Assembly: GCA_007128495.1 (NCBI GenBank)
Contig: SKXH01000255.1
Location: forward strand, 1 to 32,387
Length of the DNA stretch: 32,387 bases
Source of the DNA: Bacteroidota bacterium
Lineage (GTDB): Bacteria; Bacteroidota; Ignavibacteria; T3Sed10-11
Direction: 5' to 3'
In this document: positions 10,113-19,356 of the stretch, piece after piece
How positions within the stretch are numbered: the first letter of the stretch is position 1
Layout of the letters: each line of letters begins with the position of its first letter
Notes under the pieces: generated by a model
Told to the model about the DNA's origin: nothing
Databases searched by the model: none
The model's input: the letters and a program-made list of their open reading frames with translations, nothing else
Program-made: the position numbers and the translations under genes

Positions 10113-11438
10113 TTACTGGAGATAAAGGTCGAGGATATTTGAAAATACTTTTGTATCAAGCTCCAGCAGATTTTTCATTGATTTAGAAGCTCCCCCCTCT
10201 GCAAGCCCGATACTCGGAGGTATTGTCCCGACCTGAATTTGCCGTATGCTTGCTCCAAACTCCTGATTAATAACGGAAATAAACTCGTTAGCAATAATTG
10301 CCTGTCCGCGAGATGTCGGATGAACACCGTCAAGACTGAAGAGTCCTCCGGTAACGAATTCCGTTGATAATGTCTGCTCGCCGAGCGTATATCCATCCTG
10401 GTCGAGCTGATTATATGTGGAATGGAGATCTACCAGGCCAAAATCGTGTTCATTGGCAATGTTTGCAATGATGGAATTAAAAGTTTGCACCACATCTTTC
10501 GCGAACTCCTGTTCCTCGACGGTTAATACAACATTCTCCGGTAACGGTTCGTTATTTCCTCCAAGATCAACCGGTCTGCCATATCCCTGATTGATATAAT
10601 CAAGTGCGGTTAATAATACTTTATCTCCGGGTGATACGCCTATGTAAAAAATAGGATTACCTTCGGGATCCGTAATTGGTTGTTCTGTTTCAGGGTTAAT
10701 AATTACCGGAGGGACGGTGTTCACAAATGGAATAAGGGTTACATCCGGGATGTTTGCCACAATTACCGGTACATTAGCTTCTGACAATACGCCACCAATC
10801 TCGGAATAAATAGCGGCAAAAAATTGTGGATTTTGTGCTGTTGGAAGTAAGTCGGTACCGCCACTGACAACATAACCCAATATATCATTATTACCCGTCC
10901 ACAAGGTGAGGAGTGTTGGCTGCAAATTTAATGCCTGGGCAAGTATTGATTCACCAAGTGCTTGGTTCCGTAAGATGAAGGCAAAGAATGGATTTTCCCG
11001 TTGCTCGGATTTTACGGCAAAGTCTTGCTGATCTACGACGTCAAATAAAACTGAAGCCGGAATACCGAGATTGTTGAACGGGCGTTCGAGTTGTGCATTG
11101 ACCGGCGGATTTATATTCGGTGGATCTACTACTAATGAACCATCTGTTGCCACACGCATACGTGCCGGTAAACCCGGTTCTTCAAAAATAGGTTGTTCGA
11201 ATTCATCAATGTTCAATTGTCGTGCGATGAGTGACGGATAGCTGTGTTGTTGCACGCTCTCGTAGAGTGCATTGTTTTGAAAACCTGACGTTATGCTGTT
11301 TCCTATCGCTACATACATCGAAGGGTCAAGTTCACCCGGATCAAGCGACGGCGGATCGAGTTCGCTGTAATCCTTACATCCGATAAAAGCAATGAGCAAA
11401 ATAAGCACGCCGCCGGCTATTTTCTTTATAGAAATCAT
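10113..11438 (-). CDS. SGNH/GDSL-family hydrolase lipoprotein
   Basis: 441 aa. Lipobox LIAFIGC (Cys21). SGNH block I VAIGNSITSG (Ser48), block III WTGNNDIL (182-185) and block V SLDGVHPTSRG (D370/H373). GAGG RBS. Confidence 0.8.
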   Translation of the reverse strand: MISIKKIAGGVLILLIAFIGCKDYSELDPPSLDPGELDPSMYVAIGNSITSGFQNNALYESVQQHSYPSLIARQLNIDEFEQPIFEEPGLPARMRVATDGSLVVDPPNINPPVNAQLERPFNNLGIPASVLFDVVDQQDFAVKSEQRENPFFAFILRNQALGESILAQALNLQPTLLTLWTGNNDILGYVVSGGTDLLPTAQNPQFFAAIYSEIGGVLSEANVPVIVANIPDVTLIPFVNTVPPVIINPETEQPITDPEGNPIFYIGVSPGDKVLLTALDYINQGYGRPVDLGGNNEPLPENVVLTVEEQEFAKDVVQTFNSIIANIANEHDFGLVDLHSTYNQLDQDGYTLGEQTLSTEFVTGGLFSLDGVHPTSRGQAIIANEFISVINQEFGASIRQIQVGTIPPSIGLAEGGASKSMKNLLELDTKVFSNILDLYLQ

Positions 11439-11472
11439 GATAATCCTCTTGGCAAATTAATTTCACATATGT

Positions 11473-12714
11473 TTAAAAATTGAATCTGAAATTTAATGAA
11501 AGCAAATTCGCTGATGAATTGTATCGTCCGTTCATCGGTGCGCCCGGGGCGAATTCGATCTGAGAATCTTCTATGTCTCTTTCAACGAATCGCAGGAACA
11601 TATAGCCGATGTCAACACCGATTGTTTCCGTAAAATTATAGCCGGCGCCGACAGTAAAGCCGTGACGGTCTGAGTCCGGAAGGCGCGGTGTTAAATATTC
11701 ATCTGGTGTAGGATTGGAATCAAATAAATATCCTGCGCGCAGGGCAAGGTCATCGCTCATTAAATATTCCAGACCGAATCTGACGATGTACCCGTCGGAA
11801 TAATTAAATTCAAGGGTTTGTGTTTCCGCACCGCCGTTGAATTCTATTTCAATACTTTCAACCGCTTCCCAGAAAATATACTGATAGCCGAAGCTAATTT
11901 CTAAATTTTCAATTCCCTTAAAAGTAATACCTGCGTGTAAATTTGCCGGCAGCTTTACGGAAGTGCTAACATCCTCACCGGGTAATTCACCGGTCAAAAA
12001 ATCAGGGACATTATCGTATTCGGCATCTCCATCGAGATCGACCGTGGCACTGCTGCGGTATGCCAGTCCTATCGTTACATTTGGATCCGGAGTTAAATAA
12101 ACTCCCAGATTCCATCCAGCGCCGGTACCGGAACCGGAGAGAGTTGCTGTTCCTTCAGCTGCTATTGGCGCGAATGAAATGGCTTGCGTCAATTCTACCT
12201 GGCCGATAACGTAATTAAGACCTCCTCCAATGCCTATGTAATCATTGATCTGATATGCCACTGTCGGATTAATAGAAAACGTTCTTAATACACTTTCTAT
12301 AGCCACAAAACGTCCTACCCAATCTGAAGGCCATTCCGTACCAAGTCCGTATGGATTGAAAACTCCTATACCGAACGAAAGCCGGCTGGGTAGTGTGTGA
12401 GAGGCATAAAGAACTGACGGATAAAACACGCCGCTCTCTATAGAGGTCTCGTCGATAGATGGTGCCGGTCCGCGGAACTTTGCATCCGGGAATATCAATG
12501 TTGATCCGAAAACAATGCTTGTACCGTCGATGTACCCTAACGCACCGGGATTAAAATATATTGCTGAAGCATCATTGAGGGTTGAAAAGACGGCACCGGC
12601 CATTGCAGTACCGCGTGCCCCGTGTTCATTTACTTGGAAACCACCCGCCTTCGCGGGAACGGTCAGGAGTAAAATAGTAAGCAAGGTCACTATAATTAAT
12701 AGAAGGGTTCTCAA
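11473..12714 (-). CDS. FadL/OmpP1/TodX-family outer-membrane hydrophobic-compound channel
   Basis: 413 aa. TTG start backed by a strong AGGGAGG 5 nt upstream. Signal peptide, family N-motif GGFQVNEHGARGTAMAGA, beta-strand periodicity and a C-terminal ...NFRFNF aromatic end. Confidence 0.85.
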   Translation of the reverse strand: MRTLLLIIVTLLTILLLTVPAKAGGFQVNEHGARGTAMAGAVFSTLNDASAIYFNPGALGYIDGTSIVFGSTLIFPDAKFRGPAPSIDETSIESGVFYPSVLYASHTLPSRLSFGIGVFNPYGLGTEWPSDWVGRFVAIESVLRTFSINPTVAYQINDYIGIGGGLNYVIGQVELTQAISFAPIAAEGTATLSGSGTGAGWNLGVYLTPDPNVTIGLAYRSSATVDLDGDAEYDNVPDFLTGELPGEDVSTSVKLPANLHAGITFKGIENLEISFGYQYIFWEAVESIEIEFNGGAETQTLEFNYSDGYIVRFGLEYLMSDDLALRAGYLFDSNPTPDEYLTPRLPDSDRHGFTVGAGYNFTETIGVDIGYMFLRFVERDIEDSQIEFAPGAPMNGRYNSSANLLSLNFRFNF

Positions 12715-12833
12715 AACGACCTCCCTAAATATATTTATGGTTTATAAATTGAGTGTTAATTGGTGGTTTGTGGTGAATATTTCGTTAAATGAATGTTTTA
12801 GATTTTACGATATTTTTTTTAAAAAAACAAGGA

Positions 12834-13349
12834 TCAGGACTTAATTGTAATCAACTTTTGCCCCTTTTCCACGGCCTGGCCTGTTTCTATGTGAATTGTT
12901 TGTATATCCCCTTTTATGATCGACCGGATTTCATTTTCCATTTTCATTGCTTCAAGAACAACAAGCGGTTGATTTTCATTTACCGTCTCGCCTTCAGTCA
13001 CTGAAATATCGATGACCATACCCGGCATTGGAGCGGTGATTTCAACCGGTCCGTCAGTGCCCGCCGTGTCTGCTATGAATTCCCGGAGCCGTTTACTTCG
13101 TTCATCTTCAACGGTACATTGATATTCTTTTCCATTGATGTTGGCGATGAATTTCCCTTCATTTTTCCGTTCCAGGGTCATACTATGCGAAGAACCATTT
13201 ATAAGAAGCGAATAGCGGTTTTTATCCACCTCGATTAAGTCAATCACATAGCCGGGCTTTCCCTGAACCGTGATCTCATTATTTCGATCGATTTGAACGT
13301 CGATCTCGGTTCCGTCAATTTGAATGGTATAGGTAGTTGTTCCGATCAT
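12834..13349 (-). CDS. Biotin carboxyl carrier-type protein (biotinyl domain)
   Basis: 171 aa. C-terminal biotinyl domain with the EAMKMENEI biotinylation motif. The N-terminal ~90 aa consist of Y-x-I-x-I-[DN]-G-type beta repeats. Confidence 0.85.
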   Translation of the reverse strand: MIGTTTYTIQIDGTEIDVQIDRNNEITVQGKPGYVIDLIEVDKNRYSLLINGSSHSMTLERKNEGKFIANINGKEYQCTVEDERSKRLREFIADTAGTDGPVEITAPMPGMVIDISVTEGETVNENQPLVVLEAMKMENEIRSIIKGDIQTIHIETGQAVEKGQKLITIKS

Positions 13350-13352
13350 AAT

Positions 13353-14855
13353 TTATTCACGCTGTCGCTGCTGATATTTCCATTGATTGTTATTTTCCGG
13401 TTTTGATTTGTGTACGACCGGTTGTTTTTTTTGCCGGTGCAGCATCGTCGCCGCTGCGATAGCAACCGCTGTTTGTTCATCATTCTCCGGTTTGCGAAGT
13501 TCTTCCGGATCGAAGTGACTGTCCATAAAATGAGTCGTGTAACTTCCATCCCGAAACAACGGATGGCGAAGAACATTAATACACGCCGGAATATTTGTAA
13601 TGACACCCTGGATCAAATACTCGTGCAAAGCCCGCTCCATACGTTTTATTGCTTCTTCACGGGTTCGTCCCCATGCAAGAAGTTTTGAAACCATCGGATC
13701 GTAATAAACAGATATTTCATTGCCCTGTTGTATCCCCCTGTCCTCACGAATGCCCGGACCCGAAGGTCCCTGCAATCGTTCTACCGTTCCTATTGAAGGG
13801 AGGAAATTATTGAGCGGGTCCTCGGCATATATCCGGCACTCGATTGCGTGGCCGTTTCTCTGTATATCGCTTTGTGAAAAAGAAAGTTGCTTACCGGAAG
13901 CAATTGCAAATTGTTCCTTCACAATATCGATGCCTGTTATCAATTCGGTAACGGGGTGTTCCACCTGCACGCGGGTGTTCATTTCAAGAAAATAAAAGTT
14001 ACGGTCGGCATCAAATAAAAATTCTATTGTGCCGGCATTTATATAACTGCATGCTTGTGCAGCTTTAATTGCCGCTTCGCCCATCTTGTTCCGTATGGTC
14101 TCGTCTATAGCAAGCGACGGGGCTTCTTCAATTATTTTTTGATGACGGCGCTGAATCGAACATTCGCGTTCTCCCAGGTGTACATAATTGCCGTGTGAAT
14201 CAGCAAGTATCTGAATCTCAATATGTTTTGGAGCACGCACGAATTTTTCAATGTAAATTCGGTCGTCACCAAATGCCGACCGCGCTTCGTTTTGTGCGGC
14301 CTTAAATGCCCCCTGTAGATCATTCTCCGACTCCACAACACGCATTCCCTTACCACCGCCCCCTCCTGCCGCTTTGATTAATAACGGGAAACCGATATCC
14401 CCTGCACTTGTATGTGCATCCGACACGCTTGTTAACGGCTGGACGGTTCCGGGAACAATGGGCACACCTGCCTGCTTCATAATTTTTCGGGCTGTCGTTT
14501 TATCACCCATTTTTTCAATAGCCGATGCTGGCGGACCAATAAAAATTAATCCTGCTTCAACGACCTTCCGGGCGAAAGATGGATTTTCAGATAGAAAACC
14601 ATAGCCGGGATGAATAGCATCTACGTTGGCTTTTTTTGCTACTTCGATGAGCTTATCCTGCACAAGATAACTCTGTGATGAAGGTGCAGGACCGATATGA
14701 TATGCCTCGTCTGCAAACAAAACGTGCGGGGCAGTCCGGTCTACATCGGAAAAAACGACGACCGAACGTATTCCTGTTTCATGGCATGCGCGGATAATGC
14801 GTACCGCTATCTCTCCCCGGTTTGCAATGAGTATAGATGTAATTTCTTTATTCAT
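13353..14855 (-). CDS. accC: Biotin carboxylase subunit of an acyl-CoA carboxylase
   Basis: 500 aa. ATP-grasp motifs AAGGGGGKGMRVV and EMNTRVQVEHPVTE. About 50 aa longer at the C-terminus than classical AccC. ATGA overlap with the mutS2 stop codon. Confidence 0.93.
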   Translation of the reverse strand: MNKEITSILIANRGEIAVRIIRACHETGIRSVVVFSDVDRTAPHVLFADEAYHIGPAPSSQSYLVQDKLIEVAKKANVDAIHPGYGFLSENPSFARKVVEAGLIFIGPPASAIEKMGDKTTARKIMKQAGVPIVPGTVQPLTSVSDAHTSAGDIGFPLLIKAAGGGGGKGMRVVESENDLQGAFKAAQNEARSAFGDDRIYIEKFVRAPKHIEIQILADSHGNYVHLGERECSIQRRHQKIIEEAPSLAIDETIRNKMGEAAIKAAQACSYINAGTIEFLFDADRNFYFLEMNTRVQVEHPVTELITGIDIVKEQFAIASGKQLSFSQSDIQRNGHAIECRIYAEDPLNNFLPSIGTVERLQGPSGPGIREDRGIQQGNEISVYYDPMVSKLLAWGRTREEAIKRMERALHEYLIQGVITNIPACINVLRHPLFRDGSYTTHFMDSHFDPEELRKPENDEQTAVAIAAATMLHRQKKQPVVHKSKPENNNQWKYQQRQRE

Positions 14856-17227
14856 TTTTTCTCGTGTTTCAATTCAACAACGGTTACTCCGCTACCGCCT
14901 TCATTCCAGTTACCCAGCCGCGAAACATTCACGGCCGGATGGCTTTTTAAAAACTCATTTATTCGTTTCCGAAGAGCTCCGGTACCTTTTCCGTGAATAA
15001 TTTCTACCTCTTTATACCCTGCAAGGACGGCACGATCCAGAAACGTATCAACGGTGCTTTCGGCTTCATCGCCGGTAAATCCCCGAACATCAATCGAGCG
15101 CGGGTAAAGATCTTCATTCAAAGTGGTGGTTGTATTCGCATATTCCTTTTGGCGTTTTTCACGACGTGTTTTTTTACGTAGCTGTTCACGGTGTATACGC
15201 ATCTTAACCGAACCGAACAATACCTGGGTATACCCTTCCTCATCGACCGGCAATAACACCTCCCCTTCTTCACGACCGTCTCCGAGAACCACAATATCAC
15301 CTTTCTGCAACGGTTCTGCTGATATCTGCGGTTTTTCCTCTTCCTTCGACTCGGCGCGATGCTTTTCGACTTCCTGTTTAAATGATTTAATTTCTTCGCG
15401 CCACCGGTGGGTTACCTGAGCGTCGGCTTCGGACTCGCGGATTTCTTTAACTGCCTGTTCGATAATCGCATTTGCACGCGCAACGATTTGTTTGGCATCC
15501 CCGGCTGCTTCGCGTTTTAGTTTTTTCATCTCCCGCGTTAGAGTATTCAACTTGTCTTCATATTCGCCGGTTAATTGTTCCAGTCTCTTCTTTTCCGAAG
15601 ACAATTCCCGCAGTTGTCCTTTGTATCGCTGACTTTGTTGTTCAAGTTCGATGAGCAGCTGTTCTATTTGTGATTTTGTCGTACCGAGAAAACCGCGCGC
15701 TCTGGTTATCAATTCTTCGGGGAAGTGTAAGCGTTGTGAAATTTCCAACGCATAACTGCTGCCGGGTATGCCGGCAGTGAAACGGTATGTGGGGGTGAGA
15801 TGCTCCTGATCAAATTCCATCGCCCCGTTCTCTATCCCGGGTTCCTGATACGCAAATGCTTTGAGGTCGCCATGATGAGTTGTCGCTACGGTAAGTGCAT
15901 TTTTTTCTGTAAAGTATTTGAGCAGGGATGCGGCTATTGCACTTCCTTCAACCGGATCCGTTCCGGCACCGATCTCATCGACCAAAACGAGCGAACTCCC
16001 GTTGACGCCATCTACAATTTTCTTTAATGCCATAAGATGGGATGAGAACGTACTGAGATCCTGTTCAACGGATTGTTCATCTCCCATTGATACGAAAACA
16101 TTTTCGAAGACCGGTAGTTCTGTCTCAGCCGAAGCCGGTATGTGTAATCCCGACTGATACATCAAACACATCAACCCGATGGATTGCATAGCGACGCTTT
16201 TTCCGCCGGCATTTGGACCGGTAATGATGAGCGTATTATATGAACCGCCGAGGGTTAACGAAAGCGGAACGACCTCATCACGTTTGTGATGCATCAGTAA
16301 AATAGGATGCCTTGCTTCAACGAGTTTTATTGTACTGGATGTATTTTCTTGAGGAGTCACCCCGATGATCTCGATGGAATATTGTGCTTTGGCGTATATG
16401 AAATCGATTTCGGTTAATACGTGGACGGTAGATAATATTTGATCTTTTTTTTCGGAAATTTTTTCGGTAGTTACTCTGAGAATGCGTTGGATCTCCCGTT
16501 GTTCACGTATCTGAAGATCACGCATTTCATTATTGATATCGAGGGTCTCGGCCGGCTCGATGAAAACCGTTGCACCGCTTGCACTGGAGCTGTGAATAAA
16601 TCCGGGTACCTGGTTTTTGTACTCTACTTTAACGGGCAGCACCATTCGACCATCGCGGGTTGTTATCAATTCCTCCTGTGCCATTCCTTCCGTCGAAAGC
16701 GTTTTCAGTATTCGTTCAAGCTGTTTTCTGAGGGTTTCCGAAATACTGCGAATAGAACGTCTGATCTTTTGTAATTCCTGGCTGGCACTATCCTTTACCT
16801 CCCCGTCTTCATTAACTATGCTGTCGATATGGTGTTCAAGAACTTTATCTGCAATTAAATTATCGGCAAGAGCTGCGAGGTTTTTGTATGTTGCCGATCT
16901 GCTGCCCAAATAATGGCGGAGTTCCCGTGAGGTACGCAGTGTTAACAAAATATGAAGTAATTGTTTGCCGGTAAGAATATTTCCCTCGATCGCTGCGCGG
17001 TGTATATCGGTTCGAACATCGTGTATATCGTGCAGCGGTACGGGATCGTCCGTCTCAAGAATCGATTTCATTTCATTGAGAACGGTGTGAGCTCGCTGCA
17101 CTTCGGAGCGTGATGCAGACGGTACACATTGTTCAATTCGTTCTTTTCCCAGCGATGATTGCGCATATCGTTGAACACGCTTCAGGATAACTGAAAATTT
17201 TAGTTTTTCTATTGCCTGTGTATACAA
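14852..17227 (-). CDS. mutS2: Endonuclease MutS2 (MutS domain V ATPase plus C-terminal Smr)
   Basis: 791 aa with a TTG start. Walker A ITGPNAGGKS and Walker B LVLVDEIGAGTDP. A coiled-coil E/K-rich linker and a C-terminal Smr domain (IDVRGFTGDEA...IIHGKGTGALR). Confidence 0.9.
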   Translation of the reverse strand: MYTQAIEKLKFSVILKRVQRYAQSSLGKERIEQCVPSASRSEVQRAHTVLNEMKSILETDDPVPLHDIHDVRTDIHRAAIEGNILTGKQLLHILLTLRTSRELRHYLGSRSATYKNLAALADNLIADKVLEHHIDSIVNEDGEVKDSASQELQKIRRSIRSISETLRKQLERILKTLSTEGMAQEELITTRDGRMVLPVKVEYKNQVPGFIHSSSASGATVFIEPAETLDINNEMRDLQIREQREIQRILRVTTEKISEKKDQILSTVHVLTEIDFIYAKAQYSIEIIGVTPQENTSSTIKLVEARHPILLMHHKRDEVVPLSLTLGGSYNTLIITGPNAGGKSVAMQSIGLMCLMYQSGLHIPASAETELPVFENVFVSMGDEQSVEQDLSTFSSHLMALKKIVDGVNGSSLVLVDEIGAGTDPVEGSAIAASLLKYFTEKNALTVATTHHGDLKAFAYQEPGIENGAMEFDQEHLTPTYRFTAGIPGSSYALEISQRLHFPEELITRARGFLGTTKSQIEQLLIELEQQSQRYKGQLRELSSEKKRLEQLTGEYEDKLNTLTREMKKLKREAAGDAKQIVARANAIIEQAVKEIRESEADAQVTHRWREEIKSFKQEVEKHRAESKEEEKPQISAEPLQKGDIVVLGDGREEGEVLLPVDEEGYTQVLFGSVKMRIHREQLRKKTRREKRQKEYANTTTTLNEDLYPRSIDVRGFTGDEAESTVDTFLDRAVLAGYKEVEIIHGKGTGALRKRINEFLKSHPAVNVSRLGNWNEGGSGVTVVELKHEKK

Positions 17228-17242
17228 TGTAATTGTATCTTG

Positions 17243-17773
17243 TTAAATTACTTGATCTGGAGCGTTTAATTTATCAATAAATATATCGAAAAATTCTCTA
17301 ACCTGCGGAAGAAACAGGTATAATGCTTCAAACACTAACGGTGCGAATCCATAAATAATCGGATAAAGAACAGATTCATTTCGAATTTCCTCTGCCGGCA
17401 CATCGAGTAGTACCAATATGTGCAGAAAAATACTAACAATAATCGCACCTTCCACAAAACCGAAAGCCGAGCCCGCCAATCTGTCCCACATTTTGTATAA
17501 TTCATTTCTCTTCCCTAATACGCGGTACAGCACATTTCCCAGTATAAGTACAAAAAGAAAAACGACAAGAAATGATAATATCGTTGAGAATAGGGCTGAC
17601 CACCCGAATCGCGTTTGCAGCCATTCAGTTAATACCGGATAGATGTGAATTGCTATAAAGAACGCTACGATTAAAACAATTAACCCGAATATCTTCTTGA
17701 TGAAACCCTCGAAGAAACCTAAAAAAACAAACACACCTATTCCGACTGCAATAGCGAGATCAGCCGATGTCAT
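17243..17773 (-). CDS. cvpA: CvpA-family membrane protein
   Basis: 176 aa with four TM helices. The family-like DRLAGSAFGFVEGAIIVS segment is present. Confidence 0.75.
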   Translation of the reverse strand: MTSADLAIAVGIGVFVFLGFFEGFIKKIFGLIVLIVAFFIAIHIYPVLTEWLQTRFGWSALFSTILSFLVVFLFVLILGNVLYRVLGKRNELYKMWDRLAGSAFGFVEGAIIVSIFLHILVLLDVPAEEIRNESVLYPIIYGFAPLVFEALYLFLPQVREFFDIFIDKLNAPDQVI

Positions 17774-17776
17774 ACT

Positions 17777-18244
17777 TTAACCGCCGAGAAGTTTTTTAAC
17801 AATATTTTGTACCTCTTTTCCATCAGCACGCCCCTTGAGTTCCGGCATAACCGATGCCATTACTTTGCCCATATCTTTCATTGATTCAGCGCCGGTTTGT
17901 TCAATTACTGCCCGGACTTTTGTTTCTATTTCTTCGGGCGAGAGCTGTTCGGGTAAATATTCCTCGATAATTTTCAGTTCTTTTCGTTCTTCCTCTGCAC
18001 GTTCAGTTCGTCCCGCTTTTGTAAATTCATCGATCGATTCCCGTCGCTTTTTTGCTGCCGACGTAATGGAAGCAAGTATTTCCTCATCGGAGAGTTTTTT
18101 GCCCTGTCCGCGGAGTGCAATTTCTTTATCTTTCAGAGCCGCACGTAGTGATCGCAAGGTTTCGAGTTTAACTTTATCCCCTGCCTTCATCGCTTGTGTG
18201 AAGTCAGCATTAATTCGATCCACTATATTTTTTTGTTCGGTCAT
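17777..18244 (-). CDS. yqeY: GatB/YqeY domain protein
   Basis: 155 aa. AMKAGDKVKLETLRSLRAALKDKEI...EYLPEQLSPEEIE...MGKVMASVMPELKGRADGKEVQNIVKKLL matches the YqeY consensus along its full length. Confidence 0.85.
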   Translation of the reverse strand: MTEQKNIVDRINADFTQAMKAGDKVKLETLRSLRAALKDKEIALRGQGKKLSDEEILASITSAAKKRRESIDEFTKAGRTERAEEERKELKIIEEYLPEQLSPEEIETKVRAVIEQTGAESMKDMGKVMASVMPELKGRADGKEVQNIVKKLLGG

Positions 18245-18265
18245 GAGTATTGTCTATGGTTGAAA

Positions 18266-18300
18266 CAAAAAAAGGCAGGGTGTCAACATATCCCTGCCTT
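18266..18300 (-). terminator. Rho-independent terminator after exbB-exbD-exbD
   Basis: The minus strand reads aaGGCAGGG-11 nt loop-CCCTGCC followed by TTTTTTT. It begins 68 nt after the exbD stop codon and its T-run ends about 22 nt before the yqeY ATG. Confidence 0.8.
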
Positions 18301-18366
18301 TTCGGTTAAATAAATTACACGCGTTCCATTTGATACACTACGTGTTTAGTATTTTTCCACTCGATA

Positions 18367-18792
18367 TTACAATCGATGTAATGACGAATAGTTAATTCGT
18401 AGCGCATCCGCCTCCCGAAGCTGTTGTTGGATATCCGTTACGATCCCCATTTCTGAATGTCTGTCTATTCGCATTGAAACAATCAAATTAGGGATCTCGA
18501 CTCGTTTCTGGTACATAATCGAGCGAATATCATCAATGTTAATGATATTATCGTCAATCTGTACCCGTCCGTCCCGGCCAACCCAGATATAGGAAATGAG
18601 CCGTTTGTTTTCAATACGTTCGATCATATACGCTTCGGGGAGCGTATACTCTACCTGAACATCGAACTCACGGAGTACTGTTGTCAACATAAAGAAAATC
18701 AACAGCATAAAAATAATATCCGGGAGCGATGCTGTCGGAATTTCCTGCTTCGTTGTGGCCTGTTTTTTTTTGAATTTCGTGTCTTTAGCCAT
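18367..18792 (-). CDS. exbD: ExbD/TolR-family protein (second copy)
   Basis: 141 aa. N-terminal basic stretch, then the TM segment LPDIIFMLLIFFMLTT and a periplasmic domain typical of ExbD. Confidence 0.85.
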   Translation of the reverse strand: MAKDTKFKKKQATTKQEIPTASLPDIIFMLLIFFMLTTVLREFDVQVEYTLPEAYMIERIENKRLISYIWVGRDGRVQIDDNIINIDDIRSIMYQKRVEIPNLIVSMRIDRHSEMGIVTDIQQQLREADALRINYSSLHRL

Positions 18793-18840
18793 TGAACCAC
18801 GTCCCTTATATCATCAAAAAATGATTACTACGGTGCTCTC

Positions 18841-19338
18841 TTATTCCGGCTCAGCAAGAGATATTCGTTGAGGAATTTCCCGCCTTATTTGCTGCATTTG
18901 CTCTTGTGTCACATCGTCAAGTCGCACACCGAAATTTTGCCGGGCATATGCTTCACGGAGTTCGTTGTAAGCCATCTTTAACTGATCGATTGTGTCGATG
19001 TAGACATTGTAGGGCGTTCGCCTGTCGGTTTTCACCGATACGATCAGCTCAGGGTTCTCACGAATTTTATCAGCAATTGTTCCCGATATTTGCGGGACAC
19101 TGATAATATCTCCGTCAAGCAACACTTCACCGGCTGCATTGACGAGTATGTTTGCAATATTTTCTTCCTCTACTTCGATTTCTTCGGCGTCTTCAACCGG
19201 AGGCGGTAACACAAGACCGATACCGGTATCGACATCAATCGTTGTAACTAGGAGGAAGAAGATAAGCAACAAGAAAGCAATGTCTGCCATTCCTGCAAGC
19301 GGAATGGTAGCACCTTCTTTTTTCTTACGCTTTAACAT
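18841..19338 (-). CDS. exbD: ExbD/TolR-family protein (first copy)
   Basis: 165 aa. TM segment ADIAFLLLIFFLLVTT. GGGAG RBS. Confidence 0.85.
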   Translation of the reverse strand: MLKRKKKEGATIPLAGMADIAFLLLIFFLLVTTIDVDTGIGLVLPPPVEDAEEIEVEEENIANILVNAAGEVLLDGDIISVPQISGTIADKIRENPELIVSVKTDRRTPYNVYIDTIDQLKMAYNELREAYARQNFGVRLDDVTQEQMQQIRREIPQRISLAEPE

Positions 19339-19356
19339 GAGGGGTTCTCCCTTTCG

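Noticed and set aside
12813-12827. T8A7 run just after the biotin-carrier stop codon, considered as a terminator
   Set aside because: It is a pure A/T palindrome without a G+C stem, so it is not a credible intrinsic terminator. It is more likely part of the AT-rich fadL promoter region.
17835-18263. 142-aa Ser-rich + strand ORF
   Set aside because: It is the mirror image of the E/K-rich yqeY gene, and the Ser-rich shadow frame is typical of such sequence.
18763-18771. T9 (A9 on the coding strand) run in the exbD N-terminus, considered as a slippage site
   Set aside because: It encodes the Lys run KKK in an AT-rich genome. A/T runs of 7-9 nt are frequent throughout the window (for example around 1943-1975), so this one is not distinctive.
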